Source: the human T2T-CHM13v2.0 reference genome, Homo sapiens
Reading direction: 5' to 3' (one strand)
DNA length: 64,000 nucleotides
NCBI RefSeq assembly: GCF_009914755.1
Contig: NC_060929.1
Each line of letters begins with the position of its first letter. Position 1 is the first letter of the stretch. Shown here one piece after another: positions 26,924 through 40,470 of this stretch. The notes beneath the pieces were generated by a model. That model did not search any database, had not been told where the DNA came from, and saw only the letters and a list, made by a program, of their open reading frames with translations. The translations under genes were made by a program, and so were the position numbers.

Positions 26924-28136
26924 GTTCTTTATGGAAGAAAAAGTCCTTTTAGAATTAGGGACAAAATATATGTATGCTATATAATAGGACACATGTGTTG
27001 AAAAGACCAGTCTCAATAATGATAGAAGTGGATTCTGGAAAAATATAAATAAACAATGTCCCTTTTTTCTCATTCCAGTACAAGATTTTATGAAAAAAAA
27101 AATACAAAAAGATGTGCTACTTTTCACAGAATCACCATCTCCATATTTCAACATAGGTATGACACACGGCCCTCAAATGGGTGTCCTGGTAGTAAACTTT
27201 CTTATGTTTCTAGGTAAGATTTATCTACTTTTGTCCAAAGTGAAGAATTAGATACAACTTCACCTTTTTTATGAACTGAACCTCTGAGAGGGTTTTATGT
27301 GAAAGCATTTCAAATCCCTTATGGCCAATGTAAACACCGCCCCCAACACTCACAAATTCCATAAATGGAGTGTACCATTCAGTGTCACTGATTTAGGGAA
27401 CACCTTAAACCAAAGCTCATAATAATTTTCAAGAACAGAAGAAAATGTCTTGATTTTGTAAATAATCTAAATAACTGAGACATCATGTCAACCTCTTCAG
27501 TCACGAGTGGGTGATAATCTTGTGAATCTCCCTGTCCAAATGTCAGGAACCTTTTTGCTTCTATTCTATTAAAATAAAGGAGCAGGCAGTGTCCCTATGA
27601 CCTCTCGCAGTGGGCTTCTTTATATTACACCAAATCATTCAAATACATGGAAGTCGACACCTGTTACTCATCAGTTAGCTCCCACTAAAACCAAAAATTA
27701 GCAAAACAAGGTGCAGTTAAGCAAAGCCTTTCTCCTTTGCTGAAAGCATTCTATTTCTTCCCTTTCCACGGATGGTTTTGAAAAGAGTATTCATGTTGAG
27801 GATGATCTCAACTCAAAAGTGTAGAGTTCTCTCTGATTCATCACCACTTGGAGAACAGTAGAAAGACCCTGGGACTCAGGGACCAGGACTCTACGGCTCA
27901 TTTACTCCTCCAATTCTATGACCTTGGGAGTTTGGAGTATATGATGTCTAAGGTACTTGCAGCTCCAAGGACTGAAGACCTGAAAATAATTCAAAGTTTT
28001 GATTTGAAAGGCTGTGAGAAGCCAGATAATCTGTTTGGAGTAGGTTGTTTCCAAATTTTTAAGTCGGTGGCACAGTAGTTAAACTGGGAGGACAATCAAC
28101 AATCTCAATTTAGCTTTCAACAATAACACACTTTGA

Positions 28137-28614
28137 AGGCAGGCCAGCTAGTGCAGAAGCAGATATACAGGATGTAGCAGCCACATGTCTTAAGAAAGAA
28201 CAACTCTTTTCTTCTATTATGGTACTTTGTGGGAGATGAGATAGCAAGAGGCATAACCAGAGGTCTTAGATTAGCTATCCTGTGCTAAAAATCTTAAAGA
28301 GACTGAGATAGAGACTGAGAGAGAGATAGAGAAACATGCTCAACTAACTGCATTTCAGTTTACCAGGATGAAAATACTGGAAGTATTTTCTCAGATAAAT
28401 TTATCAAAAGAAAGGAATATTTCAAAAGACTATCTTTTATTTGATATTGCAGTAGATGCCATCTTTGAGGTGACTGCATTTAGAGGCAGGCACAGCCACA
28501 ATAGAACAGGTTTTGACTGGTGAATCTGTAGAGAGTTCCAAGAACACCTTGAGAATCAGTGCTTAGTCTCTATGCTCAAACTATACAGCCCTTTATTTAA
28601 AAATCACTGCTAAA
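28137..28614 (+). repeat. Local duplication, copy 1 (pairs with 29972-30480)
   Basis: Collinear with copy 2 from AGGCAGGCCAGCTAGTGCA to AAATCACTGCTAAA. Confidence 0.92.
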
Positions 28615-28619
28615 GCCAG

Positions 28620-28850
28620 CTGACATTTACTCAGTGCTTTTTCCATGTGTCACTCTGCTAAATGCATTATGGGCTTCATTTCATTTAATCTCCCAAAACC
28701 CCGTGACGCAGTTACTACTATTATTATCTCCATTTAATAGCTGAAAAAAACTGGGACACTGAGAGGTTAAAATACTGGCCCAAGGTTACCAAGCAAGTAA
28801 ATGCAAAGAGACTTGAAACCTGATCTGTGGGCTTATTAAATCATGCCCTC
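28620..28850 (-). mobile_element. MIR
   Basis: ATTATCTCCATTTAATAGCTGAAAAAAACTGGGACACTGAGAGGTTAA...GGCCCAAGGTTAC MIR core. Confidence 0.75.
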
Positions 28851-29971
28851 AACTATGAAATCACTTGTAAGATAATAGTAGGTCCTAGTTCTAGACACGG
28901 CCTGGGCACTATCTCTGGGAGCTTGGCTACCTCATCTCCTCTATGAGTAAAGAGGCTTGGTCTAGATGATCTTGAATGTGCGATAGAAATATCAAATTGG
29001 GATTTCTCAGATATGTTGAATGACCATGAATCTGTCCTCAGTTATTCCACATGAGTCATTCCTGGACAGTGGGATCTACCGGACCTGTTTATGCAACCAA
29101 ATACTGTATAGCATACGTAGCAATACTAATACACTGCACACTGGTTTGCAGTTATTTGGGTCCATTGCCTAAGTACTACTAGAAATTCTTCAAGACAGAA
29201 AACATAATTCATCACTGTACTCCTCCACACTGGCTAGCCACTGCCTTACCTATTCTATGCATTCAATGAGTACACTTCCAATGAGATGAATGAAGGAGAG
29301 ACTGCTTGTTCATGGTTCATACAATTGTATATTCCAGAGAATATCTATGTCACCAAGTAGGCTACATGACACCAACACATCATGGGGGAATTTCCATAAT
29401 TCATGTTTTTCTTCATCTTCTGCCTCATTTTTATATTATGCACTTTGGGAAATTTTTAAAAAATTTAAGGAGAGTGCAATCTATAACTTTCAACAGCATA
29501 TCCATTTAATAAATGATCGGAGGAGGAATTAAGTATACAAACTGCTAGGAAACAGAGGGCATGAATTTACTTTATGTTAAAAGAAAACCAGCTGGTAGGA
29601 TTAAATTTATGAAAAAAAGTACCTATAATGTGTAAAACCATATAGACATCATAAACGGAACATATTTCATAATCCTACTTTTAGATACCCCTTAGAAATT
29701 AACCAAATTCAGTGGCTACATGGGATTTTCCTTGTCTCTTTCCTTCTTTCCTCACTGGCCTAGAGACCCACTAACATCTGGCAATCTTTCCCTGGTACCA
29801 ATTTCCAAACCTAATCAGTATTGATCCTTGTACAAAAGCAAGTGCAGAATGGCAGGTTTGGTGATGAAGACAGAGGAAGAGGGAATAAGCATCTGACCCT
29901 TTCATTGCCTGTCCCCACCCGACCTATGGATCCTTCTCCAGCCAACTGTTAGCCACCTGTTAGCAGTTTGC

Positions 29972-30480
29972 AGGCAAGCCAGCTAGTGCAAAAGCAGACA
30001 TACAGGCTGTAGCAGCCACACTTCTTAAGCAAGAACAACTCTTGCCCTCCATTATAATGCTTTGTAGGAGACTAGCTAGCAAGAGGCATAACCAGAAATT
30101 CTAGCTTAGCTATTTTGTGCTAAAAATCTTAAAGAGACTGAGATAGAGACTAACAGAAAGAGAAAGACAGAGAGAGAGGGACAGACAGGCATGCTCAGCC
30201 AACTGCATTTAAGTTTACCAGGATGGAAATACTGAAAGTATCTCAATAGTTCTCAGATAAATTTCTCAAAAGAAAGGAACATTTTGAAAAACTATCTTTC
30301 ATTTGATATTATAGTAGATGGCTTCTCTGAGGTGACTGGATTTAGAGGTGGACACAGCCACAATAGAACAGGTTTTGACTGGTCAATCTGTAGAGAGTTC
30401 CAAGAACACCTTGACAGTCAGTACTTAGTCTTTCTTTATGCTCAAACTATACAGCCCTTTATTTAAAAATCACTGCTAAA
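29972..30480 (+). repeat. Local duplication, copy 2 (pairs with 28137-28614)
   Basis: AGGCAAGCCAGCTAGTGCA...TATGCTCAAACTATACAGCCCTTTATTTAAAAATCACTGCTAAA. Confidence 0.92.
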
Positions 30481-30714
30481 TCCCTTCTCATTTCCTTGCC
30501 CAGTGTCCTCCTTACCCAGTGTGGCACTACTCCCCACTGTAGCCCTAACTTCAACTTCCAAGGCCTTCCTTTGAAATGTGAGGTCTTCTCAGAAAATCAC
30601 CACTGCATCTTGTTTTAAAGATCTACGGCCTGAATTAAATGAAGAGGAAGGGGAATGGAAAGTTGAGATGAGAAGGGAATCCTTTTACATTATGGATGTT
30701 TCCTGGCTGGTATG

Positions 30715-31540
30715 GTTAGAATGAAAAATCGTAAGAATTCAATACCTAGTGTTGGCGCGAATGCAGAGCTACTAAAGCTCACTTACATTGCTGGTTGGAA
30801 TATGAACTGGTAGAAGCATTTGGGAAACTCTTTGGTAATATCTACTAAAGCCATACACACATATACCCTAAGACCCATTGTCATTGACTGCTTGATGGCC
30901 CAAATTCTTCACTTCACGCTGTGTTCATGCCCTTGGCCATAAAACCCTGCAGTTTCTCCCACCTCCATTGAAGAAATGCATTTCCCTGCCTCTTGACTTT
31001 GGACCCAGCCATGGAATTTGCTTTGACCAGTGAAATGTCAGCAGATGTGTACTTGCTTGCTTTGTTATGTTCTCTTGTGCTTCGACCATCTCCTTATGAA
31101 CAACATGCCCTGAGAAGTCCACTGGTCCCAGGAGAAAGACAGCTGCATAGCTGACCAGTGGACCTGCACCCGTGGTACATCCATACAATGGAATACTACA
31201 CAGCAATAAAAAAGAGCAAACTACTGCTGCACTCAACCATGCAGATGAATCTCCCAAACATAATGTTAATCCAAGGAAGCCCAAGACAAGACAATAAACA
31301 CCATGAGATTCCATTTATACAAAGTCCATAAACAGATAAAACGAATCCATTTTGATAGGAGTTACCTTTGTGGGGCTGTCTACTCGGAGGGAATACATGG
31401 AAGCCTGTTGGGAACTGAAACTTCCTCTGTCTTGATCTGGGTGGTGGTGACACAGGTGTACATGTATAAAAGATTTATCAAGTTATACAGTTTAGATTTA
31501 TGCACTTTATTCTCTGTGGGTCATTCCTTAATGAAAAAGT
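30715..31540 (+). mobile_element. Old L1M 3' fragment interrupted by an MLT1-like LTR fragment (~30880-31170)
   Basis: [44 protein letters not shown]1 motif; MLT1 motif CCTGCAGTTTCTCCCAC...GCTTTGACCAGTGAAATG. Confidence 0.65.
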
Positions 31541-33002
31541 ACATCACTACAAATAGATTATATAATTCTTAGAATTTATAAGGGACAGCAGGGAGTTATG
31601 AGAGCTAATTCCTGCTGCAGTCTGTGCTGCTCAAAACTAGTAAGTAGTGTGAGAGTCTTGTCTTTCCAGGCCCTGGTAGCCAGTCACAAAGCTGGAAAGA
31701 GCAGAATTGAGGATAAATGTGCTCCTGCCTACCTAAATCCAAAAATCAATCCACCTTAGAAACATAGTATGTGGTTCTACAGAACAGGCAGGGTAAATGG
31801 CCTCCATGGGCAAGCCTGAGAGCCCTGCATTGTCTCTGTGAGTGGGAAAAGTATTGGGATCTACAAACAGGTTTAACTCATTACCTGTTAGTGAGTTGGA
31901 GGTGGCCTTTTGTAACAGTGTAATGGTCAGGTCTGCGGTACATTCATGGTTTTTATCCGGTATTAGTTACTCTCCTATAGCTAGCTCATCCTCTGAATTT
32001 CCTCTCATGCTCACCTCTCTCCATACAATCCCATGCCCTCCACCTCTATTCCCTATACCGAAGGCTTAGGTAAGTTCCTATTTTCAGGACTCCCACAGTG
32101 CCCTGGGCACATCTTTCATGGTGCATTTTCCACACTGGATTATAATTTATGAGCTTTTATTCTATAAGCTTCTTGAGTCCATAACTTATATTAATTCTGA
32201 GGACCAGCTTCAAGAGAACATTGTGGAAAAAAACGTGGTTCCCCATACCTAAAATGCTGTTCCTGCCTCTACACCCATTCAGATCCTAACTATGATAAAT
32301 GAATCAACTCAAGTGCTTCCCACTGCATGAGCCCCTTCTTTGATCTTCCCAGTTAAATTTTAATTGCAAATGTCAGTATTCTAGTAAATGTCTTTTTCTA
32401 GCTATTGCTCTATATTCACAGAAATGCTTAGATATATAGAGACAGATAAACAGCTATCTATTCAACTACTAAGAGAGGTTAGAGCATATATGTGTTCCAT
32501 AACCTGATTTTTGTCCCTGAACAATAGGATGTGAAAAATCTTTCCAAGTCAATAAGTTTGATTGGCTTCATAGTAACCCATTGTATTTGGCTGCCATAAT
32601 TTACATAGTCATTCACCAGCGTTTATGGATGAGCATTTAGGTCTTTTCCAATATTTCTCTATCACAAACAAGACTAAAATCAATATCCTCATGCATATGT
32701 TATTTCAAACTTGCACAATTACATCCTTAGCATGAGCCCCCTAAGGTGTCATTGTCAAGTCAAAAAGTTGCACATTTTATACTCACACAAACATTCCTAG
32801 ACCATCTCCAAAAACACAGTATCAGCTCATAGGCCCCAAATCCTTTTCCCAGAAACCATTCCCTTGCCACATCCCACACTTTCAGGCTGATCTTTTTTTT
32901 TTTTTTTTTTTGTCTCCTAGCAGAACAAAAACCTGACAGCTTATAGTTGTGTATCTTGGCATCAGGAGCATGTCTGTGTGTGTGTGTGCATGCGTGAGTT
33001 GA

Positions 33003-33003
<1 letters not shown>

Positions 33004-33041
<38 letters not shown>
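33004..33041. repeat. (TG)19 microsatellite, with a degenerate TG tract just upstream
   Basis: Read directly. Confidence 0.95.
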
Positions 33042-33043
<2 letters not shown>

Positions 33044-35009
33044 TGGAACTATTGAAAGCTGATGTCAATCAGAATTCTTCCTTCCCTATTTCCAGTTATT
33101 GCTGCAAGTAAACATTTCATATCTCACTCTTAACTTCGTCAAAAAATCTTTGACAAGAAATCCAAGCTCCCATTAAGCAAAGGAATGCAAATAAAATAAT
33201 GAGTTTTTTAGTTTTGTTTTTGTTGTTGTTGTTTTGTCATTTGGGGATGAAGACAAAAGGTAATATTCTTTGTCAACGCAAGTGTGTGGAAAAAGAACTT
33301 ATACCCATTTTTTTGGTCTCTTTCCTAATTTGGTTAGCTAGCACTTTCAGAACAATTTCAAATCACAGTGAGGATAGCAGAAACTCATGTTTTGATCCTA
33401 ATATTAATAGCTATATTTCCAGTATCTCACTCATTAAGAACGAAAAGGTTTTTTCAGCTGAGCTTTATATTTTATTTCTATTTTACTCTCAGTTATGAAC
33501 AAATGACTTCTCCCAAATGCATTTTTTTGTATCTCTCAAGACGAATATGTAACTGGTATAACTCCTGATGGGTATGATATAAACCAGACAGTTTCTACCT
33601 GCTCATCCATCTGTCTATTAAAGAACTGTTCCCATTTCTAAAGCTGAGATTTGTTCCAAGTTTCTGGGACAAGCAAGGCTCAAAAATATAGTTACAACAC
33701 ATGTTCTAAGTATATCCATAATATGAAAGTAATAACTGTTATCAATATCCATGTTACAAACCATATCAAATCCTGTTAATTAATTCATCTTAAAGAAACT
33801 AAGCCAAATTTTGTCAGGATCCAGTCTGATGCAAAGAAAGCCTGACTAAGACAAGAAGGATAGGTGTAAGAGCACAGGATAAGATTATCTACAAACGGTT
33901 TTCACAGCAAAATCAGACATCCATTTCTTACCCTGATTTAGAGACACAAATGGAGCCCAAGACGTTTCATCACTCCCTCCCCAAAGTTTATGAAATAAAG
34001 TGCCCTCTGATGAATCCAATTGCAGGAACTGGCATTGTTTCTAAATTCTGCTTCCTCTATTTGGCTAAGAATAAATCTCTTAAAATATTAAGATATGCCA
34101 GTAAGTGGCATCATGTGTTATCTCACCACCTGCAGCTAGTTATGCTGTCTTTGGACTAAATGTCTCTCTCTACTTATTACTATGATTAAGCACCAATAAT
34201 GTCATCTGGACTACATAGAGTATAAATTATGTTAATGTAATATGATAACTTAAATGGTATAAAGTAAATATTATGGCACCAAACACACACATTTTAAGAG
34301 CAATAAATCATTCACTTCAACTTCCCTTATTGATGCATTGTCCAATGTTCCATGTATAGCAAGGCACTGCAGAGGATGGAAACAGATGTCAGGCACTGAT
34401 CCTACCCTCTGCTTCACAATGTGGCAGAGAGATAAAAAGTTGTCCATAATGGCAGAAGCACAGAAAAGGTAAGGGTCATGGACATTCCAAGAGGGAGAAG
34501 ATTACAGACAGGTAATGTGACGTGATCAGAAATGGCTTGGAGGACAAGTGGCTTGGATTAGACATGAAAAGCAAGAGATTTATCCATGTAGAAAATAGAG
34601 AAAAGGCTTTCCTAGATGAGAAAAAAGTGCTTCCAGCACAGGAATTAAACTGGAAGTCCGGTTTGTGCTGTGAAAACAAGGACAACTGGTTTGGCAGGAT
34701 CACAGGTTACAGGAAGCACAGGAAGTGGGCTTATATCTAGTAACTTCAAATGTGGCTAACTCAATGAAGCCTCTGACTACCATGCTAGGAAGCATGACTG
34801 TCACTGTAGGCAACTGGGAGCTGCCAAAGAAGCTCTTAAGAAAGAAACAGCATGTTCAGTGTTGTGTTTTAGAATGTAGAAAAGGTGGAATTCTAATTAT
34901 TTTAACAAAGATCACATGCAGTTAAGCGCAGTATTCTTTACATGGCAAGATATTTGTATTCAATAAACTATTTATTGATGGATGTACATATTGATAGAAT
35001 TGGTTACAG

Positions 35010-35520
35010 CAGAGAATGCTAATTGTGGCTTAACATCTATTTATCCTTTCCTTAGTAAAAACAAACAACAAAATCCTAAAAGTAAACAGTTCACAGGCTA
35101 ACTAGAATAAATATGACATTTTCTAGCTTGCCTTACAGTTTGATGTGATCATATGACTAGGTTGTGGTCCATGCTATGTAATCTGAAGTGCTGTCTGCAA
35201 CTTCTGAGAAATAACCTGTAGACTTTTCTAGACATCTCTAAAGTGATGTGCCTTCCCCTCTTTTTCCTCACTCCATGGGGAATGTGGATGTGATGTCTGG
35301 AGCTAAAGCAGCCATCTTGGGCAGACAGATAAACTTAGGAATGGAGGCCACATGTATCAGGACAACGAGATAGGAGAGCCTGGACTTGATAACACAGAGC
35401 ACTTCACAGCCGTGGCGCACCTTACCTGATACTGTTATGAAAGAAAGAAATTCTGACCTTTTCTGAGCTTCAGATATTTTGGATTTCCACCAATAGCATC
35501 TAAACCAAATCCCATCTGGT
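35010..35520 (+). mobile_element. Old MaLR LTR (MLT1J/K-like)
   Basis: GATGTGATGTCTGGAGCTAAAGCAGCCATCTTG motif. Confidence 0.6.
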
Positions 35521-37999
35521 ATTTTTGGGAGAGTGATGCCAGGGGTTTTCTGTAGCTACACGTCTAGCAAATCTGTTAGGTTCACCTTGGGAACTCACAG
35601 AATTCTGTAAGGAGTAATGTGAGCCATACTGGACAATCCAATTAAACTCAAAAAACTGCATCCAACCACTGAAGAGAACAAATTCTTTCCAAGCACACAG
35701 GCCACATTTACATAAATTATCCAGTTATTTGGCCAATATTCAAGTCTCAGTAATACTGAAAGACTGAATTCATGCCAAGTATATTTTCTATTTTCTAATC
35801 ACAAGGCAATTAAGCTAGAAATTAGTAATACAAAGGTAATCCTCAGATGTTCAAAAAGTAACTGTGTGATGATCTGTTCATGTCTATCTCCCAATTACAT
35901 TGTAAGTTATGTAACAGCAACTGACAGACCAAGCTGCCACCTCCCAAAAAGGGAGGGGGGGGAGGAAACTTTGTAATGATGTGAATATACATTTAAAAAT
36001 TAATGTCTGATTTCAATCAAAACCAGGCAAATAATATAAACATATAATTCACACATACACAGATCTGCAAATGGTCAGCAAACAGAAAACAATGTTCAAC
36101 CTCACTAGTAATCAGGGAAACACAAGTTTAAAATAACAACATATCATTTTTATGCCACATTCATAATTTATTAATAAAAATTCATAATTTCTGTATTCCT
36201 GAGGATGGGGAATGGGCACTACCCTGCAATGCTGATGGAGGCTCATACCAGCACACTGTTGATGGTGGACAATTTGGAAGTATCTATCAAAAGTTTAATG
36301 GCTCATATTCAAAACCCAACATTCCTACCACATCTGACCCAACCCCTACAGTGATACGCCTGATGTGTCTGTAGGGTTTGAGACATCATTTTTATTACAG
36401 AGGAAAATGAGAAACTATCTAATGTTCCTAACTAGGAAAACTGTTAGATAACTGTTAAATTCATTCTAAAGAATATAATGCATTGGTTAAAAAAAGTAGA
36501 GAGCCATACGCACTAACTACTAGACTATTAAGTGAAAGACACTATAGAACAATGCAGGTAGAAGTTTCTCATTTGGTGGAAAAGAAATGCTATAAACACA
36601 GAAACATATGTATATACATGTAAATGTATTTTTCAAACCTCTTAGAAGGTCACAGACTGTTTTGTTTTTCATGGCGATTACCACCAGGAGGCAAAATGGA
36701 TTGGGGTGGGGCCTGAGGGGTAAGTAAAAGAAGGGATTTTCCATTTTTACCCTATTGGTATCTGTATTACCTGGATTATTTAAATTTTAAAATATATATT
36801 AACAATATTGTATTTTCCTAAGTTATTTATGTAGTTAAAACAGTTGAGTAAATTATTATATTTACCCCCAACTCCCACAGTGTTACACAGTGGTGCGTGA
36901 AATAGGATTCAGGCTCCCTAACTGATTGGACAGAGTTCTTTCCATTTTCCTAAACTGATTTAAACTTTTCTGAATTTCAGAGGTCTGACTGATCTTGTAA
37001 ATCTTGGTACAACCGAAGCACCTAAAAGTAAAATACAATTTTCCTAAACTGCTTGTTCTTGCCCGATTTTTGGGAATCAAGTCAGGCATTCCTACTAAGC
37101 ACTTTGCAAGGAGCCTGATGTGTAAGAGCTCAATAAATGGCAGCTATTATTGTCAGTAAGTATTTCTAGAAGTAGCCACTGTATTGTAACACAAACGATA
37201 ATAAATGTGCTTCTTTTCTGAGCTCACCAAAAGTTCAGCCGTAGTCAGCCTGTGAAACTGCACTTTCAGGGAGAAAACTCCCGAGCATACTCGTAACTTC
37301 CTACTCCAGACGGCTCTCAAACATACCTAATACATGTTTCAGTCCTGGAAATAACATGTTGAGATTAGCTTAAAGTAAATGCTTGTCTAATCTACATCAT
37401 CTTCCACTGCAGTTTGCTATGCTATCAAGTTAGTTTTAATCCATGAATATCTATAAGTCTGTAAAGAAATAAATTCTTTGTACTGAGTTCTGAATGTATT
37501 TACTGTAAACTTAATAACTCTATAATTTAATCTCTGCGAGATCACTTTGTTGACCCTGCTTGGTTTTGATCAGACATCTGAGAGAAATTCCACTGTTAGA
37601 CTCTGATGTGATACAAGAAATGAGCTCTCTTACTTCTAAAGTACTGGCCAAATTCTGACTCACAATTGATAAGAAATTCTGTACTACTTTTCATATCACA
37701 GAACTGTCATCCATACATAGTTAGCACCTTATTTTAAGTTAGGACTTTGTCTTCAAAATACAAACTATAACTGCCTTTAACAGTGCCAATATTCATGTAG
37801 TTCTTTATAACTATCCTAATCCTTTGTCAGTGAGGAACTACTAGGAAATGATTCAATGAATATATTTTAGTACAAGCATGCAATTCAGGTATGTTAATGT
37901 GAGCATGTCTTTCCTCACTCTCAATGACACTTTATGCTGTTTCATTGGATATTGTCCCAGTTTTGTACCAATCCTTTGCTGCAATATTTAATAATAATA

Positions 38000-38329
38000 T
38001 GGTCATTAATTGCTTAATGATGAGGATATCTTCTGAAAAATGTGTCATTAAGTGATTTCGTCCTTGTGCAAACATCAGAGTGTACTTACACAAACTTAAA
38101 TGGTATAGCCTACTACACACCTAGGTTATATGGTATAGCCTATTGTTCCTAAACTACAAGCCTATACAATATATTACTGTACTGAATACTGTAGGCAATG
38201 GAAACAAAATTGTATGTGTGTATCTAAAATAGAAAAGCTACAGTAAAAATACAGTATTATGCTCTTATGGAACCACCATAGTCTATGTTGTCCATCGTTG
38301 ATGGAAACCTTGCTAGGTAGTGCATACTG
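38000..38329 (-). mobile_element. Tigger3a/MER7-like DNA transposon
   Basis: GCAAACATCAGAGTGTACTTACACAAACTTAAATGGTATAGCCTACTACACACCTAGG...GCATACTGTA; TA at the terminus. Confidence 0.8.
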
Positions 38330-38414
38330 TAATTATTTTATTGTCATACAAATTAATATGCTCTACATTTTGCTAAATGTTTAACTGCTAAAAACATGTT
38401 ATTGACCATGCAAA

Positions 38415-40470
38415 ACGCAGTGAACTATTTGAAAAGAAATCAATAAAACAATCCTATTTACAATAGCTACAAAAAAACGTAGAAATAAACTTGACCAGGG
38501 AGGTAATGTGCACTGAAAACTACAGACATTGATAAAAGACATTGAAGAAGACATGAGTAAATGAAAAGATATCCCGTGTTTGTGGATTAGAAAAATTAAT
38601 ATTGTTAAAATGTCCATACTGGACAAAGTAATCTACAAATTCAATGCAAACCCTATCAAAAGTCCAATGTCATTCTTCACTTAAATAGAAAAAAAATCCT
38701 AAAATTTGTATGGAACCATCAAAGACCCTGAATAGCTAAAGCAATCCTGAGAAAAAAGAACAAAGCTAGAGGCATCACACTACTTTATGTCAAAATATAA
38801 TACAAAGCTACAGAAATCAAAACAGCATGGTGCTAGCATAAAAACAGACATGTGGATGAATGGGACACAACAGAGAGCCCAGAAATGATACGTACATGAT
38901 TAACTGGTTTTTGACAAAGGTTCAAGAACACACAATAGGGAAAGGACGGTCTCTTCAATAAATGGTTTTGGGGAAAGTGAATATCTCCATGCAAAAAATG
39001 ATGTCAGACTCTTAGCTCACACTGCATACAAAAATCAACTCAAAATGATTTACAAATTAAACATAAGAACTCAATCTGTAAACCTGCTAGAAGAAAACAC
39101 AGAGGAAAACCTCCAAGAGATTGATCTTGGCAATGATTTTTTTGGAGATGATACCAAAAACACAAGCAACAAAGTAAAAATAGACAGGAATTACATCAAA
39201 CTAAAAAGCCTTTGCACAGCAAAGTAAACAACCAACAGAGTGAAGAGACAACCTATGGAATGAGAGAAAATATTTCCAAACCATCTATCTGATAAGGAGT
39301 TAATATCCAAAACATATAAGGCATTCAAACAACTCAATACTAAGAAAACAAATAATCCAATTAAAAAGTGGGCACAGGGCTTAAAGAGACATTTCTCAAA
39401 GGAAGACATATGAAACAGGCATATAAAAAATGCCCAGCATTACTAATCATTAGGAAATTGCAAATTAAAACCAGAACGACACATCGCCTCACACCTGTTA
39501 GAATGGCTATTGTCAAAGAGACGAAAGATAAGTGTTGGCAAGGATGTGGAAAAAAGGGAGCACTCACACACTGTTAGTGGGAGTGTAAATTAGTACAGAC
39601 ATTATGGAAAGCAGTATGATGGTTACCCCAAAAATTAAAAATAGAACTGCTGTATGATCCATAGATATCTGCACTCCCATAGTCATTGCAGCATTATTCA
39701 CAACAGCCAAATATAGAATCAACCTGTGTTCATCAACAGATGAATGAATAAAGAAAATGTGGCATCTATGCATAATGGAATACTATTCATTTGCAACAAC
39801 ATGTATGAACCTGAGGGACACTATGTTAAGTGAAATAAGCCAGGCACAAAAAAGACAAATGCCACATGATCTCACCTGTATATGGAATCTATAAGTCAAA
39901 CACATGAAGCAGAGGGTAGAATGGTGGTTACCAAGGGCCAAAGGTGACAAGATGTTTGTCACAGAATATAAAATAAGGGTTAGACAGAAGAAATAAGCTC
40001 AGGAGATCTATTGTGCAACATGTTGACTATAGTTAATAACAATGTATTGCATTCTTTTTTTAAATTGTATTTTAAGTTTCAGGGTACATGTGCAGGATGT
40101 GCAGGTTTGTTACATAGGTAAAAGTGTGCCATGGTGGTTTGCTGCACTTATCAACCCATCACCTAGATATTAAGCCCAGCATGCATTCGTTATTTTTCCT
40201 GATGCTCTTCTTCCCGCACCCCTCGACAGGCCCCAGTGTTTGTTGCCCCCTCCCTGTGTCCATCCATGTGTTCTCAACAATGTATTGCATTCTTGAAAAT
40301 TGCTGAGAGTAGATTTTAAGTTGTTCTCACCCCCAACAAATGATAAGTATGCAAGATAATGGATATGCCAACTAGCTCAATTTAGCCATTCCACAGTGTA
40401 TGCATATTCCAAAATATCATGTTGCACATAGCAAATAAATACAACTTCTATTCATCATTTTAAAGTAACT
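38415..40470 (+). mobile_element. L1MA/L1MB-like element: ORF2 C-terminal part and 3'UTR, decayed
   Basis: ORF-track fragments resemble L1 ORF2p (YIKLKSLCTAK; HRLTPVRMAIVKETKDKCWQGCGKKG) with stops and frameshifts. Interrupted at 40057-40275. Confidence 0.9.
40057..40275 (-). mobile_element. 5'-truncated L1PA 3' end nested in the older L1
   Basis: GGGTACATGTGCAGGATGTGCAGGTTTGTTACATAGGTAAA... with a perfect 19-bp TSD AACAATGTATTGCATTCTT (40038-40056 and 40276-40294). Confidence 0.92.

Noticed and set aside
28137-30480. LTR retroelement interpretation of the direct repeats
   Set aside because: No TG...CA termini, PBS/PPT or TSD, and the spacer contains a MIR; kept as a local duplication instead.
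38399-39773. ORFs resembling reverse-transcriptase-associated protein
   Set aside because: Broken L1 ORF2 remnants and their antisense shadows, with multiple stops and frameshifts.
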